This document shows positions 1-13,860 of a stretch of DNA of 64,000 nucleotides, one piece after another. The notes under the pieces were generated by a model. It was not told the DNA's origin. It saw only the letters and a list, made by a program, of their open reading frames with translations, and did no database searches. The DNA lies in contig NC_042999.1 in assembly GCF_006345805.1 (NCBI RefSeq), positions 56,854,001-56,918,000 of the forward strand. Direction: 5' to 3'. The stretch comes from Octopus sinensis (taxonomy: Eukaryota). Every line of letters begins with the position of its first letter. The first letter of the stretch is position 1. Made by a program: the position numbers and the translations under genes.

Positions 1-436
1 TTGAACTTATAAAAACAAATGATCTACGAAAGAGCCTCAGATTGTGAAACTATTACTATAGCACGCTAACACCTGTCAATACATTAATCAAATCACCTGT
101 TTTGACTATTAATAATCTGGTTAGTCGATATTGAGAAACAAGGTAGATAACAAATATTTCAAGTCGCTATTTTAACTTCCAGTGCTCTCCCTTGTGCATT
201 TTTTTTTTTAAACTTCAGCAAGTATTTCCCAAACAATAATTATTGTTGGTTGTAGGATTTCAATGTACCGAACATTGGGACCCCGAATTTCTGAGTGGCA
301 TAAGGGACAAGGTAGTATCAATTCAAACCAGATAAAATAAAATTTCACTAGGCTTTTTTTTTTTCTTATTTGAATGTTGCAGTTTATCGAACTGTTTTGC
401 CAACGTGTTCACCTTCGCTGATATAATTATAATATT

Positions 437-970
437 AATGAAATTATTGTATACAGTGCTCAGGTGCACCACAACTTGTCAAATGTGCGTATAAAGCACA
501 TACAGTTTTATGTACAAATGTCTGGGAAGTGAACAGTGTATGAGTCAGATACATGCTTGCGTGTGTATGGAGGGGAGAAAATCAGGTGTAGTGTTGGCGA
601 ATCTCAGGAAGCAGGGAAATTTTTAAGGATGCAGAGCTCCGACAACTAACAACTGATGCTGGCAGTTTGTTCCATACTTCAACAACTCTTAGAGTGAAAA
701 AAATGTTTCTGTGCTGCTTTCTGACTTTGTAAACCTGTCCACGTGTGTTAGACAGGTGGAGTTTGAAAAGGTGTTCAGAGTTATTGTTATTAAGATGCTT
801 ATTGTTCAGAGTTATTGTTAGTAAGATGCTTAATAATTTTATGGGTGTCTGCCAGACGTCGGAGTTACATACATCTGCAAAGGAAAAATATATGCAGACA
901 CAACGTGCATCCACGGAGCTTCAATCTTTCAAATTTCTCTCACAAGTTATTGTCAAATCGATGCTACAAT
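437..970 (-). mobile_element. CR1/L2-like LINE 3' fragment, internally deleted
   Basis: ORF 582-914 ends ...NTRGQVYKVRKQ..FFTLRVVEVWNKLPASVV, typical of CR1-group C-termini. It is closely similar to the copy at 2069-3000. Confidence 0.8.
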
Positions 971-1035
971 AGAAGACACTTACTTAAGATGCTGTTCAGG
1001 GGAACCAAAACCAAAACGATAAAGTTGCGATTGCA

Positions 1036-1439
1036 GGTACTATTTAAGAAGAGTGGCCCCCAGTGCGCGCACTCGCGCATCCGCGCACTCGCGCATCCGC
1101 GCTAGCTAGTCGTGACTAGTCGATCCTACAACGACTAAAATAAAAATAACACACTACCTGTTTTTGGTACCCCCATCATACTCTGAAAACGTCATTTTAC
1201 GTTATTCTAACTTTCAACCGAATTTGTACGAACATTTGTTATAGGAGCGACAAAATTTTCGGAATGGCTCACCTTGAAATGGGTGTATTTTGGTATCACA
1301 TCTATTTGTTTAAAAAAAAACCTATTTGTTAAAAAAAAAAAATCTAATACTTTGCATACGCGCACACGCGCTAGGTAGTCATAGTAAGATCGACTAGCTA
1401 GCGCGGATGCGCACCGGGACCACTCTTCTTAAATAGTAC
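1036..1439. mobile_element. MITE with terminal inverted repeats and a 9-10 bp target-site duplication (Mutator-like)
   Basis: Left end ggtactatttaagaagagtgg...cgcatccgcgctagctagtcg and right end cgactagctagcgcggatgcg...ccactcttcttaaatagtac are inverted. The direct repeat tgcgattgca flanks it at 1026-1035 and 1440-1449. Confidence 0.8.
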
Positions 1440-2068
1440 TGCGATTGCAAATGTCTTAGCTATGACTGTCGGCCGGTCTTGGTTAAATTTCTTCCAATCA
1501 CTTGAAGTATCTCAGATTTTCACCTGATTATATATATATTTTTAATGTAGTTTTGATGTTGTTTTGTGGGCTGAGGACGAAAATTGAGACTTATTTATTA
1601 TTGAGTTCTAGCAATTAATAATAGAAATTATAGTAGAAATCATTAATTTCTAGTAAAAAAAAAAAGGAAAGAAAAAACGAATGCACTTTTCGTCATCAGC
1701 GTGCAAAGCCACATCAAAATCAAACTTTTTGAAAATATATCTGGTGAAATTTGAAATACTTTGGTTGGTTTGAAGAAATGTAGCAAGATTTGTGTTGGTA
1801 TCTGGTAGATACAGTTGTCATCTTTTAATGTCTAAAAGATGTGGAATTTTGGAGAATACAAAAGGAGATTGGCAGACAATCGAGGAATGTATGAGACAAA
1901 CAAGTTGCTCAGTGGGGTGAATTTTAAGAAATACAGTGAACTGGTGAATTAAGGGATTTGTTAAATATCAAGAAATCTTTTTGCAATAGAAATACATGTT
2001 ACATAATTATGTTTGAATTATTTGATAAGCAAAATAGATACAAGATAAAACAATCTTATAAAAATAAT

Positions 2069-3000
2069 AATGAAATTATTGTATACAGTGCTCAGGTGCA
2101 CCACAACTTGTCAAAAGTGCGTATAAAGCATATGCAGTAATGTACAAATGTCTGGGAAGTGAACAGTGTATGAGTCAGATACTTGCTTGCATGTGTATGG
2201 AGGGGAGAAAATCAGGTGTAGTGTTGGCAAATCTCAGGAAGCATGGAAATTTTTAAGGATGCAGTGCTCCGACAACTAACAACTGATGCCGGCAGTTTGT
2301 TCCCTGCTTCAGCAACTCTTAGCATGAAAAAATGTTTCTGAAAGTCATGGGAGCTGTACTGTTTTCTGACTTTGTAAACCTGTCCACGGGTGTTAGACAG
2401 ATGTAGTTTGAAAAGGTGCTCAGTGTTATTGCTAGTAAGATGGTTAATAATTTTATGGGTGTCTGCCAAGTCGGTCGCCAGATGTCGGAGTTTCAATGTA
2501 TCCATGCCCAAGGAAGTAAGGCATTCAGAATATGGCAAATGCCTGATGGAGGGTATTCTCTTGGTTGCACGTCGCTGAACGGCTTCCAGACGATTAATAT
2601 CCTGGGCAAGATAGGGGTTCCAGACCGATGATGCAAATTGCAGGTGAGGCTGCACCATAGCTATATAAATCCTCAGATAGTTAGCCGGAGAGCGACTCAC
2701 AAAAGACTTGCCTTCTTGGCAATTTTAGCAATGTGTTTTGTCCAACGCAAATCGCTGTCAACAATAATGCCCGGGTCATATTCACAAGATTAGTGTAGTG
2801 GAGAGAGTAAGTAGATGCTGGGTTTTTCCTCCCAAAATGCATGGTGGTACATTTGTTCACAGCCAGCTTGAGTTGCCAGTCCATGATCCACTACTGCATT
2901 GTGTCTAGGGCTGATTGCAATAAAGATCTATAGTGTACAGGATCTGTCCTTTTTATTTCGATGTACAGCTTGAGAAAACTTTTTGAGATTAGTGTTGTGG
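2069..3000 (-). mobile_element. CR1/L2-like LINE 3' fragment (RT C-terminus)
   Basis: ORFs 2681-2884 (DWQLKLAVNKC...HFGRKN) and 2212-2700 (YIAMVQPHLQFASSVWNP...LEAVQRRATKRI) are classic CR1-group RT/post-RT motifs, with frameshifts. Confidence 0.88.
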
Positions 3001-3778
3001 AGGGAGTAAGTAGATCTTGAAACAAGAGAGGCTAATTACGTCTTATATATTCTCATTTCACTTTCCTACTTCAATATTTGTGTTGGTTACTAGGATCTAA
3101 ATACTTAAATGATAGCTCTACTAAATCTAAAATTCTTTAATAGAGGTGGCATGGTGATGTAGTATTAGTTGATATACTGATCTAAGCAAACAATTCATAT
3201 TTCTGTTGGTTTGTCATAGTGCTGATACTATCTGTCAACCACAACTCTTAACAGAACTTTTACCATTTTTCGGTGATGGGGTGGAGTTTGAACTCAGAAT
3301 GTGCAGAGCTGGAGCAGATATTATGAAGCATCCTTTCCAGTGCACTAACAGTTCAATCAGTCTACTGATCTAGACTAGTATCTTCTTTTATTGACCCCAA
3401 AAGATGAAAGGCAAAGCTGACCTCATTGAGATTTGAATTCAGAACATAGATAGATGGAATAAATACTACAAGGCATGCCACTCAATACTCTAATGCCTCT
3501 GCTAATTCACGAACTGAATAGTATTGGGTCTTATTTTTATCAGCTGAGTAGAGCAGAATAAAAGTGTACTGTTAGGGTAATTGAAAAGAATAAAGCTGGT
3601 GTGAAGCTATATATAAATATATAACAAAAAACAAACAAACATAAATATGTGTATTCAACGCATTTTTTGCCTTATTCCTTAATTTCAAATTCAAACTTCT
3701 AATCCTGCCAAATATTGTTAGGAAATGATTATCTCCTTTGCATTAATTTCCAGCCAGGGTCATCAGATACTCTTTTTT

Positions 3779-4170
3779 TTTAACTCTTTTTACTGGTTTC
3801 AGTCATTTGACTGCAGCCATGCTGGAGCACCGCCTTTAGCCAAGCAAATCGACTCCAGGACTTATTCTTTGTAAGCCTAGTACTTATTCTATCAGTCTCT
3901 TTTGCCAAACTGTTAAGTTACAGGAATGTAAACACACCAGCATCGGCTGTCAAGTGATGTTGGGGGAACAAACACAGACACACAAACAGACATATATATA
4001 TATATATATGAATATACATATATATACGACGGGCTTCTTTCAGTTTCCGTCTACCAAATCCATTCACAAGGCTTTGGTTGGCCCGAGGCTATAGTAGAAG
4101 ACATTTGCACAAGATGCCACGCAGCAGGATTGAACCCAGAACCATATGGTTGGTAAGCAAGCTATTTACC
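3779..4170 (-). mobile_element. tRNA-derived SINE, family A
   Basis: Shares the ccttgggcaagtgtcttctactatagcctcgggcc...gaaactgaaagaagcccg core and tail with many other copies in the window. Confidence 0.8.
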
Positions 4171-4498
4171 ACACACACACATATATATATATATATAATG
4201 CATAATTTCATTTCATTTCATTTCTCTCCTTCTTGAAACATCACTTCTAAATTTTAAGCCAGTTGTCCTAACCTCAACCAATGAGGGAACCTGCATGCAG
4301 TTATCTGATGTGCTAGAAATAGCAGCAAATCTCTCCATTGCTACCTTTTTTACTTTCTTAAAAAGAATGACACTTTGGATATTGTGGTTTTAGATACTCA
4401 CTACCTGAAAAAACAAAAAGAACACAAAAAAAAAAACCCAACAAAATCTACCAAATGATCACAGGATAGCTTTGATCAGATGTTGGGCCTAAGAAAGA

Positions 4499-4566
4499 GA
4501 TTCAGGTAATATATTGATTCAGGTAATATATTGATTCAGGTGATATATTGATTCAGGTGGTACATT
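4499..4566. repeat. 17-bp tandem repeat, 4 copies (gattcaggtaatatatt)
   Basis: Directly visible; the last two units are diverged. Confidence 0.9.
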
Positions 4567-4767
4567 AGCCTGTGGCCCAGAGAATTAATTGTAACCACCT
4601 TGAATTTTGAGAAGATTGTTTTGGTTCAAAAGCACTCAGGGTTGTAAGATTTATCTCAGAGTCCCTGATCATAGGTGTGTTTCATTAGAGCTCACCTGAA
4701 GAAATAACAAGAACCTCAGCCTGATCTATCCTTACAACACACAAACACACACACATGCACACACACA

Positions 4768-4799
<32 letters not shown>

Positions 4800-5439
4800 G
4801 AGTGAATATTATACAGGAAAATACTACTGAGAAAGCTGACACCTAGAAATAATTATTCAGGTGTGTTGTTGTGCACTAAATCTAGTGTAAACAGTCTGAA
4901 TTTAAGATTTTTATGTTCTCTAAATTACTCACTGAGATAATTTGATATTTAAAAAAAAAAATCTAATCAACAATTTTATATATCTCCTGGCAGCATGAAT
5001 ATGAAGAAGCTCAATGTTTAAAGAAATAATGATGCTTCTAAACTAAAAAAACAAAATCCCCTAAAATTTTTACATTTCAAATTATCCTGAAAGTATTTTA
5101 AAGACTGAGCCAATGAAAAAAGAAATAAAAAATATTAAAAAAGTTTCTTAAAATCTCATGAAGAAAATAAGTAACAAAAAAATTATATTTATTAAGAATA
5201 TGGCATTTCCCTTCTACTTTGAAAACAAATTACATTTGTCACTGATATCAGAATTCTTTGATAAGAATTACATTAGTCACTGATCATAAGAATTCTTAAA
5301 ACAATATTTTCACATCTCTTTCAGAGATACCATTACTTGGAGTTGAAAGTTTTCAGGGGAAGTAACTCCATACTTCCAACGTTCGCTGCTGCTACAGAGA
5401 GAAAATATACTCAATTGGGTCATTTAAGAATTAAACACA

Positions 5440-5477
<38 letters not shown>

Positions 5478-5562
5478 ATACATATACATGTATATATATA
5501 TCTATATATCTATATATATGTATGTATATATATATATATGTATGTATATCTCTCACTCTCTC

Positions 5563-5620
<58 letters not shown>

Positions 5621-5670
5621 CATACATATATATATATGTATGCATATATACACACACACACACATAATAA
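5440..5670. repeat. Compound (CA)n/(TA)n microsatellite
   Basis: Directly visible. Confidence 0.95.
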
Positions 5671-7019
5671 ATTTTATATATAGAATATATGTTTTATAGA
5701 TGCTATCATATATTTGTTACAATAACGTTGTATCTAATATATAACACATGTGTATATACTTCATATATTATATATAACATAACAAATATACACACATATA
5801 TACATATCTATAATGTATATGCCATATATGTGTATACTCACACACAAACACACAAATACATATGCACACATTTTCACATGAACTAAAAATAAACTTTCTC
5901 AGGAGTTACGTAATACAAAATAGTCAAGAGTATCTTGAAAAAATTAATCTCAGTCCTGGAATTAAAGACTCATATTTATTGAATAAAATACTCAAGAATT
6001 TTGAATATGTTACCCAAAACCTCTTGAATAAAATACTTTCTTCCATTGCAGTTTCTTGTAAATCAGTTCTTATAATTCTTTAGTGTTGGGTGGGAGAGGA
6101 ATGAGTGAGGAAAAAGAACAGCCATTTTTTTTAAGGATTTTCTGAAATATAACATCCTTGCATCCCTTTGTCATTTTATAAATAATTAAATATATTATCA
6201 GACAAAAAAAAAAAAGAAAAAGAATGTTCCATTACTGGAGGAAGTTTTGAAGGGAAAGGGTAAGTTTCAGATAAAAAAAAATTAAAGAAATAAAATACAA
6301 AAAGAAAAAACATTTCAAACAGAAAAGGCAAACAAAAAATACCTAAAACAATTAACATAATTTTTCTTCATTTTTAAAAAATATTTTATGAGGAGATACG
6401 GGTTTTTGTTAAGGAGCTTTATGATTTTGGTCAAATATGGTTACTTTTAATGCATACATTATGATAGAGGAGAATTCTGTGTGTAAGTTTAGAGAGGTAT
6501 TGTGTATATATATTGTAATGTTTGCTTGATGTAAAGTTACCTACATTCCGGAAAATAAAAAACAAAATTGAATTCTCTGTGACTCAAGACAGCATTTAAT
6601 CATAGAGTGCCCCACGAAACTAGGAATGAGGGAGACAGAGTTAGGTTGATGATATGGAGCACTTGATAGTAAGGAGGTACATGAAGTCGATTTTACATTG
6701 AATATCAGATGGTATGGAGAGTAAGAGATAAATAGAAGGGTGGATGAATGGATGGATAGATAGATATAGATAAATAGCTAGATAAGTAGACAAACAGATA
6801 GCATGTCCAGTGGTAACTTTTTAGTGTCCTATAAGGGTAAAACATCCAATCTTTCTCTGCTGTTCTCACAGCTATACTGCATTTGAAATTCACTTTCTTG
6901 TCTGTGAAATACGAACACATTCTACACTTCTAAAGTTTGTTTATAATATATATATATATATATATATACATACACATACATATTTATATATGTGTATATA
7001 TATATATATATAAAACATC

Positions 7020-7220
7020 TATCTATCCACTCAGTCAAAGTCGACTCTCAGTTACTCGATGGATCAGTGTCCTTCAGTCAGTTTATCCTGGGCCGCTTCT
7101 TTCAGATTGGCTTTGTCCATTCCGGTATCACTCTTGCTGGTGTCAAGCCAGCGGGTTCTTAGTCGGCCTCTTCCTCTCTTGCCACTGACCATTCCGAGCA
7201 TGATGTCCTTCTCCAGGGAC
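7020..7220 (-). mobile_element. RTE (BovB-like) LINE 3' fragment
   Basis: Translates to [26 protein letters not shown]..., a typical RTE C-terminus; embedded in TA repeats. Confidence 0.8.
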
Positions 7221-7221
7221 A

Positions 7222-7264
<43 letters not shown>

Positions 7265-7284
7265 AATACATACATAATACATAC

Positions 7285-7317
<33 letters not shown>

Positions 7318-7325
7318 ATACATAA

Positions 7326-7356
<31 letters not shown>

Positions 7357-7384
7357 ATATATATATATATAAATACATACATAA

Positions 7385-7424
<40 letters not shown>

Positions 7425-7425
7425 T

Positions 7426-7462
<37 letters not shown>

Positions 7463-9221
7463 CAGACAGACAAAATGACTCATAAAGATGGAGGGGATAT
7501 AGACTTAAAAAGAGAAATATACAGATAGATTGACTGAGGTAGAGGGACAGAAAGAGATATAGAGATACAGTGAGCTATAAAGAGATGTACGTAGAGAGAG
7601 ATGGACAGATAAAGAGAATGAAATGGGTGTGGAAAGACAAACTATACAGCTTGAGAGGGATCCTTGATTCTGTGTTTACTACTAGAGAGGAACTAGTAAA
7701 AGCAAAAGAAAATGAAAACAAAAAACAGGGTCGATAACTCTACTAAAGCTTAAAGAACAGAATAAATTAAAAAACCCCCAACAAAAATGCTAATTTAGTC
7801 TAAAAGATAAATGCATATGTGACTAATTTTTTGTTTTTTTTTGGAAATTTTAATGCCACTAAGTGTGAAAAATGGTAGAATGAAAAGAAAAGGATGTTGG
7901 AATTTTTGATGGATTTTTTTAAAAGTATTTTTATGAAAAATAAAGATTCCTTTCAGATTTGTGCCAGGATAAACGTCCTTGGAATAAAGGTCCTTGATGC
8001 TTTTTTTTGATGGATTTAAAGGAAAAGCAGAGGAGGGAAGAGAGAAAACAGTAGGGATGTTAGAAAAGAAATGAGAAGAATGAATAAGAGAGAGAGAGAG
8101 AGAGAGAGAGGAAGAAGAAAGAGAATTATAGAAAGAGGGATAATGATATAAATTTAGATAAAATTAAGAAAAATGGAAGATTGTGAACTTTGTGTACACA
8201 CACACACACATATGCATGTTTATATATTATGTATATATATGTGTGTCTTTGTGTATGTATATATTGTAATACACACACACACATATATATGTACACTTGT
8301 GCATATATGTATACATCTATATACACATCTATTTATATATGCACATATATATAATATATGTCATATATGATATGTGTATGTGTGTTTGTATTTGTGTGTG
8401 TATTGCATATAAATATATATGCATGTATGCTTTGCATTATATATTTGTTACATAATTCATATATATATATATATACAATACATACATATACATATATATA
8501 TATATAATGTGTTATATATGTGTGTGTGTGTGTATACATATATATGATGTATATATGTTATAATATATGTACATCATCATAATCATCATCATCATCTTTC
8601 TACATCTGTTTTTTTTCCATGTTTGCATGGGTTAAACTAGAATAAATAAACATTACACCTAGAAAAATTAAAGACTAATTCTTTTTTTTTTTAATTTCCC
8701 ATAATGTTGAATTAATTATTTCTTGATAAATTTTTTTGTAAGTTTTTTCAAAACTTTTTTAATAATTTATATTTTACTGTCATTTGTGTCTGTTGGTTCC
8801 GCTATTTGTGTCTCAAATACACATCCATAGAATATATGAATGCTTTTTTTTTTATCATGATTACTTATAACTTCATTTATATATATATATATATATTGCC
8901 ATAATAATAGATAGACTTGATAGGGAAGATTTGAATTTTGTTTATTTTGCAATTAAAAAAAAAAATTTTTTTTAACAGCAATAAAATACTTTTTTTTCCT
9001 GGCTACTGAAATGATGTTTCTGAGAGATATTTTAGTGTTTTTGTATGTGTGCAGTAAATAACTATCATTCATCAATCCATGTGACTGGAACCCTCCTGAT
9101 TCAACATTTTCAGCTTGTCAATCCACACACGCACGCACACACACACACACACACCTCCATGTATACACACATATATATTTTGCTGGTATTTTCTCTCCTC
9201 TCTGTTAACACTATTAGATTG

Positions 9222-9276
<55 letters not shown>

Positions 9277-9466
9277 CGTAATCTGGGTTGAATAGGGACT
9301 AAGGGGTAAAAAGGGACAATAACCAGGAAAAAATATTTTAGAACAATAAAGATGAGATAACTCAAATTGTGCTAATTTCTTTCTAGCTATTTTGTAGTAC
9401 AAAATAACTAGAAAGAAACGAGAAAATATTTTTCCCCGGTTATTGTCCCTATTCACCCCGGATTAC

Positions 9467-9500
<34 letters not shown>

Positions 9501-10104
9501 ATATATGTATCTATATATACACATACATACATACATATGTATGTATACATGCATGCATGCTTACACACACACACATACATACATACATATAATTTCAGTA
9601 ACCTTTCTCTCTTTTCATCCTTTATTTGCTTCAAAGAATTTTGTTGTTGTTTTTTTTCTTTCTTTTTCAAATTTCTCTTACTGGAGCACACCTAAGAATA
9701 TGCCATCAACCATAATTTTAATACTTAACCAAAACATCAAATGCCTTGATAAAACATTTTTTGTTTGATTTTTTTTTTCTGTTTTTCTTTTTATATATAT
9801 AACCACAAACACTATAATTATTAAAAGAATTTTTTTTTTCCTCTCTTTTCAGAAAATCTAAAAGGACAGAAAATTTACTGCCAGAAAATTGAAAGAGATA
9901 TATTTTTCTTTTTCCTATCTTTTTATCTTGGCAACTTCTATTTTTAATGTAAGTGTGTCTATAAACTAAACACACATTTTCTGTTCTGTGTATATGTCTT
10001 CTTTTGTATTTAAATTTGAGTGGAATTAGTTATAACAACCCCAGCTATGGACACAAACAATTTAGGACAGATGAAGCATAAGGGAAAGAATTCTAAAACC
10101 AATT

Positions 10105-10457
10105 CTAGGTGAGTCCAGCAGACAAATATTGATATAAAGTCTGCGAAAGCCAAAATATATGTACATATTTAACTAAATTACACCAAAAGCTGCTTGATGA
10201 TTTAAATGTTAAAAGGAGGTGGCTAGAACCACCTGCCATGACAGCCGAATGATTGCCAAACAGTTGCAACTCTCGACATTTAGTTACATTTTGGGAAGGG
10301 ATGCTGTCACAGCCTGTTGTAGATTGGGAAGCTGCAAGCTGTGATTCCAAGTGACAACGTTCGTAGCAGTCTTGCGATACGTTATTGTCATCATCTGACT
10401 TATTTTCACCATCACGTAGAACCTCAATGTAATTTTTATGACTTGCAATGAAGGGAT
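10105..10457 (-). CDS. NALF1: Terminal coding exon of the FAM155/NALF-like gene
   Basis: A long polypyrimidine tract plus cag acceptor precedes 10457. The phase-1 join G|AT gives ...SFICK-D-PFIASHKNY...SQDCYERCH..., as in the family FxC.DP.I...C(Y)..C pattern. The frame ends in a moderately hydrophobic tail and a TAG stop at 10105-10107. Confidence 0.82.
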
Positions 10458-10698
10458 CTGAAAAAAGAAGATACAAAGAGAAAAAAAAAAAAAAAGATAT
10501 ATTAGATTATATGATAAGTTCGACATTTTAATTATTACTTTTCAAAAGATATTGGACATTAAGAAATTTATAAATAGATGTTAAAAAGATTATAATATTC
10601 TGTTGCATTAACATTTCTCTGTCTTTCTCTGCCAACTGATATCTAAATTAGGGTATTTTGGACTAATAAAATAATTTGATAATGCTACATAATAAAAT

Positions 10699-10749
<51 letters not shown>

Positions 10750-10769
10750 GCAGCAGCAGCAGCAGCGTT

Positions 10770-10945
10770 GTCGTCGTCGTCGTGTCGTCGTCGTGTCGTC
10801 GTCGTCGTCGTCGTCTTCTTCTTCTTCTTTTAACGTCTGTTTTCCATGCTTGCATGTGTTGGACGGTTTGACTGGGGTCTGGGAAGCCAGGAGGCTGCGC
10901 CAGGCTCCAGTCTGATCTGGCAGTGTTCTGATCTGGATGCCCTTC
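10770..10945 (-). mobile_element. RTE 3'UTR terminal fragment with trinucleotide tail
   Basis: Matches the end of the RTE copy at 36011-37378. Confidence 0.75.
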
Positions 10946-11222
10946 CTTGTTTGTGTGTGTGTACATATGTATGTATGTGTATCTAGGTGAGCTTATGTTT
11001 GTGTGAGTGCATTCATATTTGTCTTGCATTTTCCGGTTTATAAACAATGTCTTCCTGAAAGCACATCCAGACTTCTTGACATGTCTTGACATGTTGTTAT
11101 ATATTGACCTGCTCGCTTAGCCAGCGGGGTGGCGTCATTTGAAGGCTAAAACAATGCAAACGCATTGTGACCAGCAATGTGTAACAACATCTGATGGTCT
11201 GGTCGGTCACGTGATCACGTGA

Positions 11223-11272
<50 letters not shown>

Positions 11273-11527
11273 AGTAGGTGAATGAATTATCCTATGTTTA
11301 TCGTCAGCATGGAAAATTCGTTTAACCGAAACCTAGGTAGCAAATTTACATCAGAAAACACGGTTGAAGCGACCTGTCAAGGGTAGAAACTCCGGTTTCT
11401 TGTGTAGAAATTTGTGTGTTGTATATGAATGAATGAAAGAATGGAGTCGAACGAAGATGCTGTCGTCGAAACATATGTCGAGAGTAAAGGAATTTTGTTA
11501 ACATCTTCGTTTGACTCTATTCTTTCA

Positions 11528-11588
<61 letters not shown>

Positions 11589-11784
11589 TTATTTTATAGA
11601 AGGAGCTTCTACAGGACTAGAACTGTTTCATTCAAATGAGATCATCATATATTTATATATATATATATATGCATACATGTCCTTTTTGTGTGTTTTTTTC
11701 TATCGTCTATCTGGATGTTTTGTTGTCCCTTTTTGTATCACCTAGTTGTCCGGATGTTTTGCGTTCTTGTCCCATTTTGTATTT

Positions 11785-11823
<39 letters not shown>

Positions 11824-12482
11824 GCAAAATATATTCGAGCAAATTCTCCCTGAAAGCCTGTGGGTTCCATATAATTTTTATCCAAAGTTAAATCCATGAG
11901 AAACTTATAGAACATGTTCCATTTTTCACACACACACACACATGACATGTATATGTATGTATACATATACATGCATATGCATTTACACACACTCAATTTA
12001 TAATGCTCTAAATGTAGCTTTTTAGAGATAGATTCCTCTATTTAAGATACATTACTGATGCATTTTGAAATAATTATATACTTAATACTCTGAGTACAGA
12101 TCGTTCTGCATCTCTTGATGCATTCTAATATTCATCTGCACATGTATATGGGAGACTGGAATCAGTCATGTTACAACAAAGTATTGACACCTTGCACATT
12201 ATCGTTTTGTTTGCATGAGTGCACTTATATTCTGGTTAAATGCTCTCTCTTTGTGTTTATGCCTGGCTGACAAAGGTTCCAATTAATTTTCTTGGAGATG
12301 AGTTGGTTCCCAGTGACATGCATATGTTCTGGTAATTAATACATATTTTATTTTAGTATTTATATATATATATTTATTTATATGTATGTATGTATGCATG
12401 TATGTTTGTATGTATGCATGTATATATATGTGTGTGTGTGTGTATGCGTGTGTGTATGTGTGTGTGTGTGTGTGTTATGATC

Positions 12483-12686
12483 TGTTATAATCCTTAATAA
12501 CGTTAGGATTATTATAACACACACTTCAGTATACAGTATATTTAATAAAACTAGTACAGACACGACCATCTCTGACCGCCTACTATGCACTCTGGTACTT
12601 CATGTACTTCTCTTTACTTATAGTGACTAAGTTATTCCATTCCTCATGTGGGAGGGATGTACCATTATTACTAATTCCCTACAACA
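12483..12686 (-). mobile_element. 3' LTR of a Gypsy element (204 bp)
   Basis: Minus-strand termini are TGTT...AACA, immediately preceded by the polypurine tract aaaggggaga (12687-12696) and downstream of the integrase ORF. Confidence 0.7.
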
Positions 12687-13689
12687 TCTCCCCTTTCAAG
12701 CTTTCCTTAGGTAGTGTCATTTTATTCAGCAATAATCCTTTTTTATTCACCCTACCTCCCATTTGTGAGTCTTTTTTTTTCCATACAATTTTAATATTTT
12801 TTGTACTTGGCATATATTTTCAGGAACTCTGTATATTTTCTTTTCCTCTCACTTGTACACCTGGGTTCAATCACCTGCAGTGGTGTTGGTACTTGGAACA
12901 TTTCATACAGCCATTCCATCGGTTCCTCCAACTTCTTTGGTTTGCTTTCCACAAATCTCTTTTCCAGTTGGTTCCTGTGTCCCCTTTGTAGGCTTTTTCT
13001 ACTTTTTACCCAATACATCATTTTACCTATGCATTTGGTAATTACACCATCTTCCCAACTCTGCTTTCCATTCTTGTGTGCCCTCATATACACCTTTTCA
13101 CCAACTTTAAAGAATCTTGCTGTGTCTTCCCAGGCACTTTTTCTTTTCTTGCCAGGTAGCAATTTATCAAAGACTGATTTTACTTTCATTGCAAACATCA
13201 GCTCCACTGGTGAGTTAGCCCCTGGTGCATTCAGACTGGGTGTCACACAGTACACTCTTAAGGATTGTTGTAGAGCTACCTCATCCATGACATCCTTATT
13301 CAACTTTCTTAGGGCTCTCTTGAAGGTATCAACAAAACATTCTGCCTGTCCATTAGATCTGGGATGGTATGGCACTGTAGTTATATATTCTACCATGAAT
13401 GTTTAACAAATTTTTTTCAATTCACTAGACACAAATTGCTTTCCATTGTCAGACACTATCTTGTCTGGGATGCCAAACCTTGCAAACAATTTATGTTAAA
13501 AAATTTATCATAGTTGAAGAGGGTTTTTTTTATTTTACACTTGCAAATTTCTGGCCATTTCGAGAAACTATTGATTACCACTAAGTAGTAATAACCGTTT
13601 AAAGGACCAGTGAAATTGATGTGTAGTCTGGACCACAGAACATCTACTTTTGAACAATGTTTACTTTTTGCCATGGGCAATTTTTATTT

Positions 13690-13860
13690 ACATTATTTAC
13701 ATTCGATGGATATTTGTCCTCATCTTGTTTGTTGTTAACACAACGTTTCGGCTGATATACTCTCCACCCTTCTTCAGGTGTCTTGCAGAAATTTCGAATC
13801 TGGGTTCTCATTCCTAAGGTATTTTTTGATGTTATTATTATTATTATTATTATTATTAGT
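13690..13860 (-). mobile_element. PLE terminal-repeat-like fragment with a minimal hammerhead, nested in the Gypsy element
   Basis: Contains the HHR motif at 13738-13781 and ends at an (ATT)n tract. PLE origin is inferred from the motif type. Confidence 0.55.
13738..13781 (-). ncRNA. Minimal type I hammerhead ribozyme motif
   Basis: ACAC-CUGAAGA-AGGGUGGAGAGUAUAUCAGCC-GAAA-CGU-U-GUGU: intact core, palindromic ACGU helix III, 4-bp helix I, weak helix II. Confidence 0.6.

Noticed and set aside
3735-3772. Minus-strand CUGAUGA-CC...GG-GAAA-UUAAU motif
   Set aside because: Position 17 would be G and no helix I pairing exists; probably chance.
10047-10108. Short plus-strand ATG frame ending at a strong donor-like AG|GTGAGT
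   Set aside because: It overlaps the NALF stop codon and 3'UTR on the opposite strand, with no other support.
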